A stretch of DNA of 63,836 bases, filler included, from Reclinomonas americana ATCC 50394 (lineage: Eukaryota), in NCBI GenBank assembly GCA_048213135.1. It is 17 parts of 17 records of this genome, joined end to end, with 100 filler letters (N's around TTAATTAATTAA, not from the genome) between each part and the next. Parts side by side here need not be neighbours in the genome. Positions count along the whole stretch, not along the records: positions 62,580 to 63,836 come from AFZH01018959.1; 16 more parts are not named here. One strand, given 5' to 3'. How positions within the stretch are numbered: position 1 is the first letter of the stretch; each line of letters begins with the position of its first letter. Position numbers and translations under genes: made by a program. This document shows, piece after piece, positions 63,173 through 63,836 of the stretch. A model generated the notes under the pieces. That model ran no database searches, was not told the origin of the DNA, and was given only the letters and a program-made list of their open reading frames with translations.

Positions 63173-63836
63173 CTGTCGAAAGTGAGGGGAGGGAGTGAGG
63201 GGGAAGGAGGAGGGAGGTGAAGGAAGGGAGAGAAGAGAAAAGAGTCTCGGTCAACAATGAGACTTGTGCGAGAGGAAAGAGAAAAGAGAGGAGAACGGAG
63301 ACAGAGAAAGGAGATGCACTCAGGCGACAACTCATCGTTCATGCACAGCGTTGTGCAGAGAGAGAAGGAGGAAGGAGTAACGGAGAGAAAGGGAGAGAGA
63401 GGGAGGAAGGGAGAGAAGGGAGGGAAGTGAGTGAGCGAGTGAGCGAGCGAGACAGGGAGAGAGAGAAGGAGAGGCGAGAAGGAGAGGAGAGGAAGGGGAG
63501 GCGAGAAGGAGAGGAAGAAGGAGAGTGAGAGGCGAGAAGTAGAGGAGAGGAAGGGGAGGCGAGAAGGAGAGGAGAGAGAAGGAGAGTGAGAGAGTGAGTG
63601 AATGTGAGAGAAGGCGTGAGAGAGTGAGTGCATGAGTGAGTGAGTGAGCGAGTGAGCGAGTGAGCGGTGAGTGAGTGAGGGAGCGATAGAGAGAAGGAGA
63701 GGAGAGACGGACTGAGAGGAGGAGAGAAGGAGAGGAGAAGGAGAGGAGAAAATGAGTGAGAGAATGAATGTGAGAGAGACGGAGTGAGTGAGAGAGAGAG
63801 AGTGAGAGAGAGAGAGAGTGAGAGAGAGAGTGAGTG

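Overview
Intron-rich eukaryotic genomic scaffold. It has short GT-AG introns, long (CT)/(GA) tracts and 16 artificial 100-nt gaps. The source is most likely a flagellated non-animal protist; I cannot determine the taxon. The left part carries a serine carboxypeptidase (S10), a 6-finger C2H2 gene, a truncated P-type H+-ATPase, an LYR-motif gene and two intergenic repeat arrays. About 44 kb is taken up by two convergent giant type-I membrane protein genes whose stop codons are 26 nt apart. The + strand gene has a signal peptide, two-Cys Ig/IPT-like domains and about 14 Cys-bearing cadherin-like repeats. The - strand gene has about 65 bacterial-style cadherin-like repeats, many encoded one per phase-1 exon. 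Both share a recognisably paralogous membrane-proximal stalk and TM segment. Upstream on the - strand, across one gap, is an intron-rich gene with two bacterial-type glycoside-hydrolase-like domains joined by EGF repeats. It may be the missing N-terminal head of the giant cadherin, but the gap leaves this unresolved. A calflagin-like EF-hand gene ends the window. Gene models were spliced by eye and no database searches were run.
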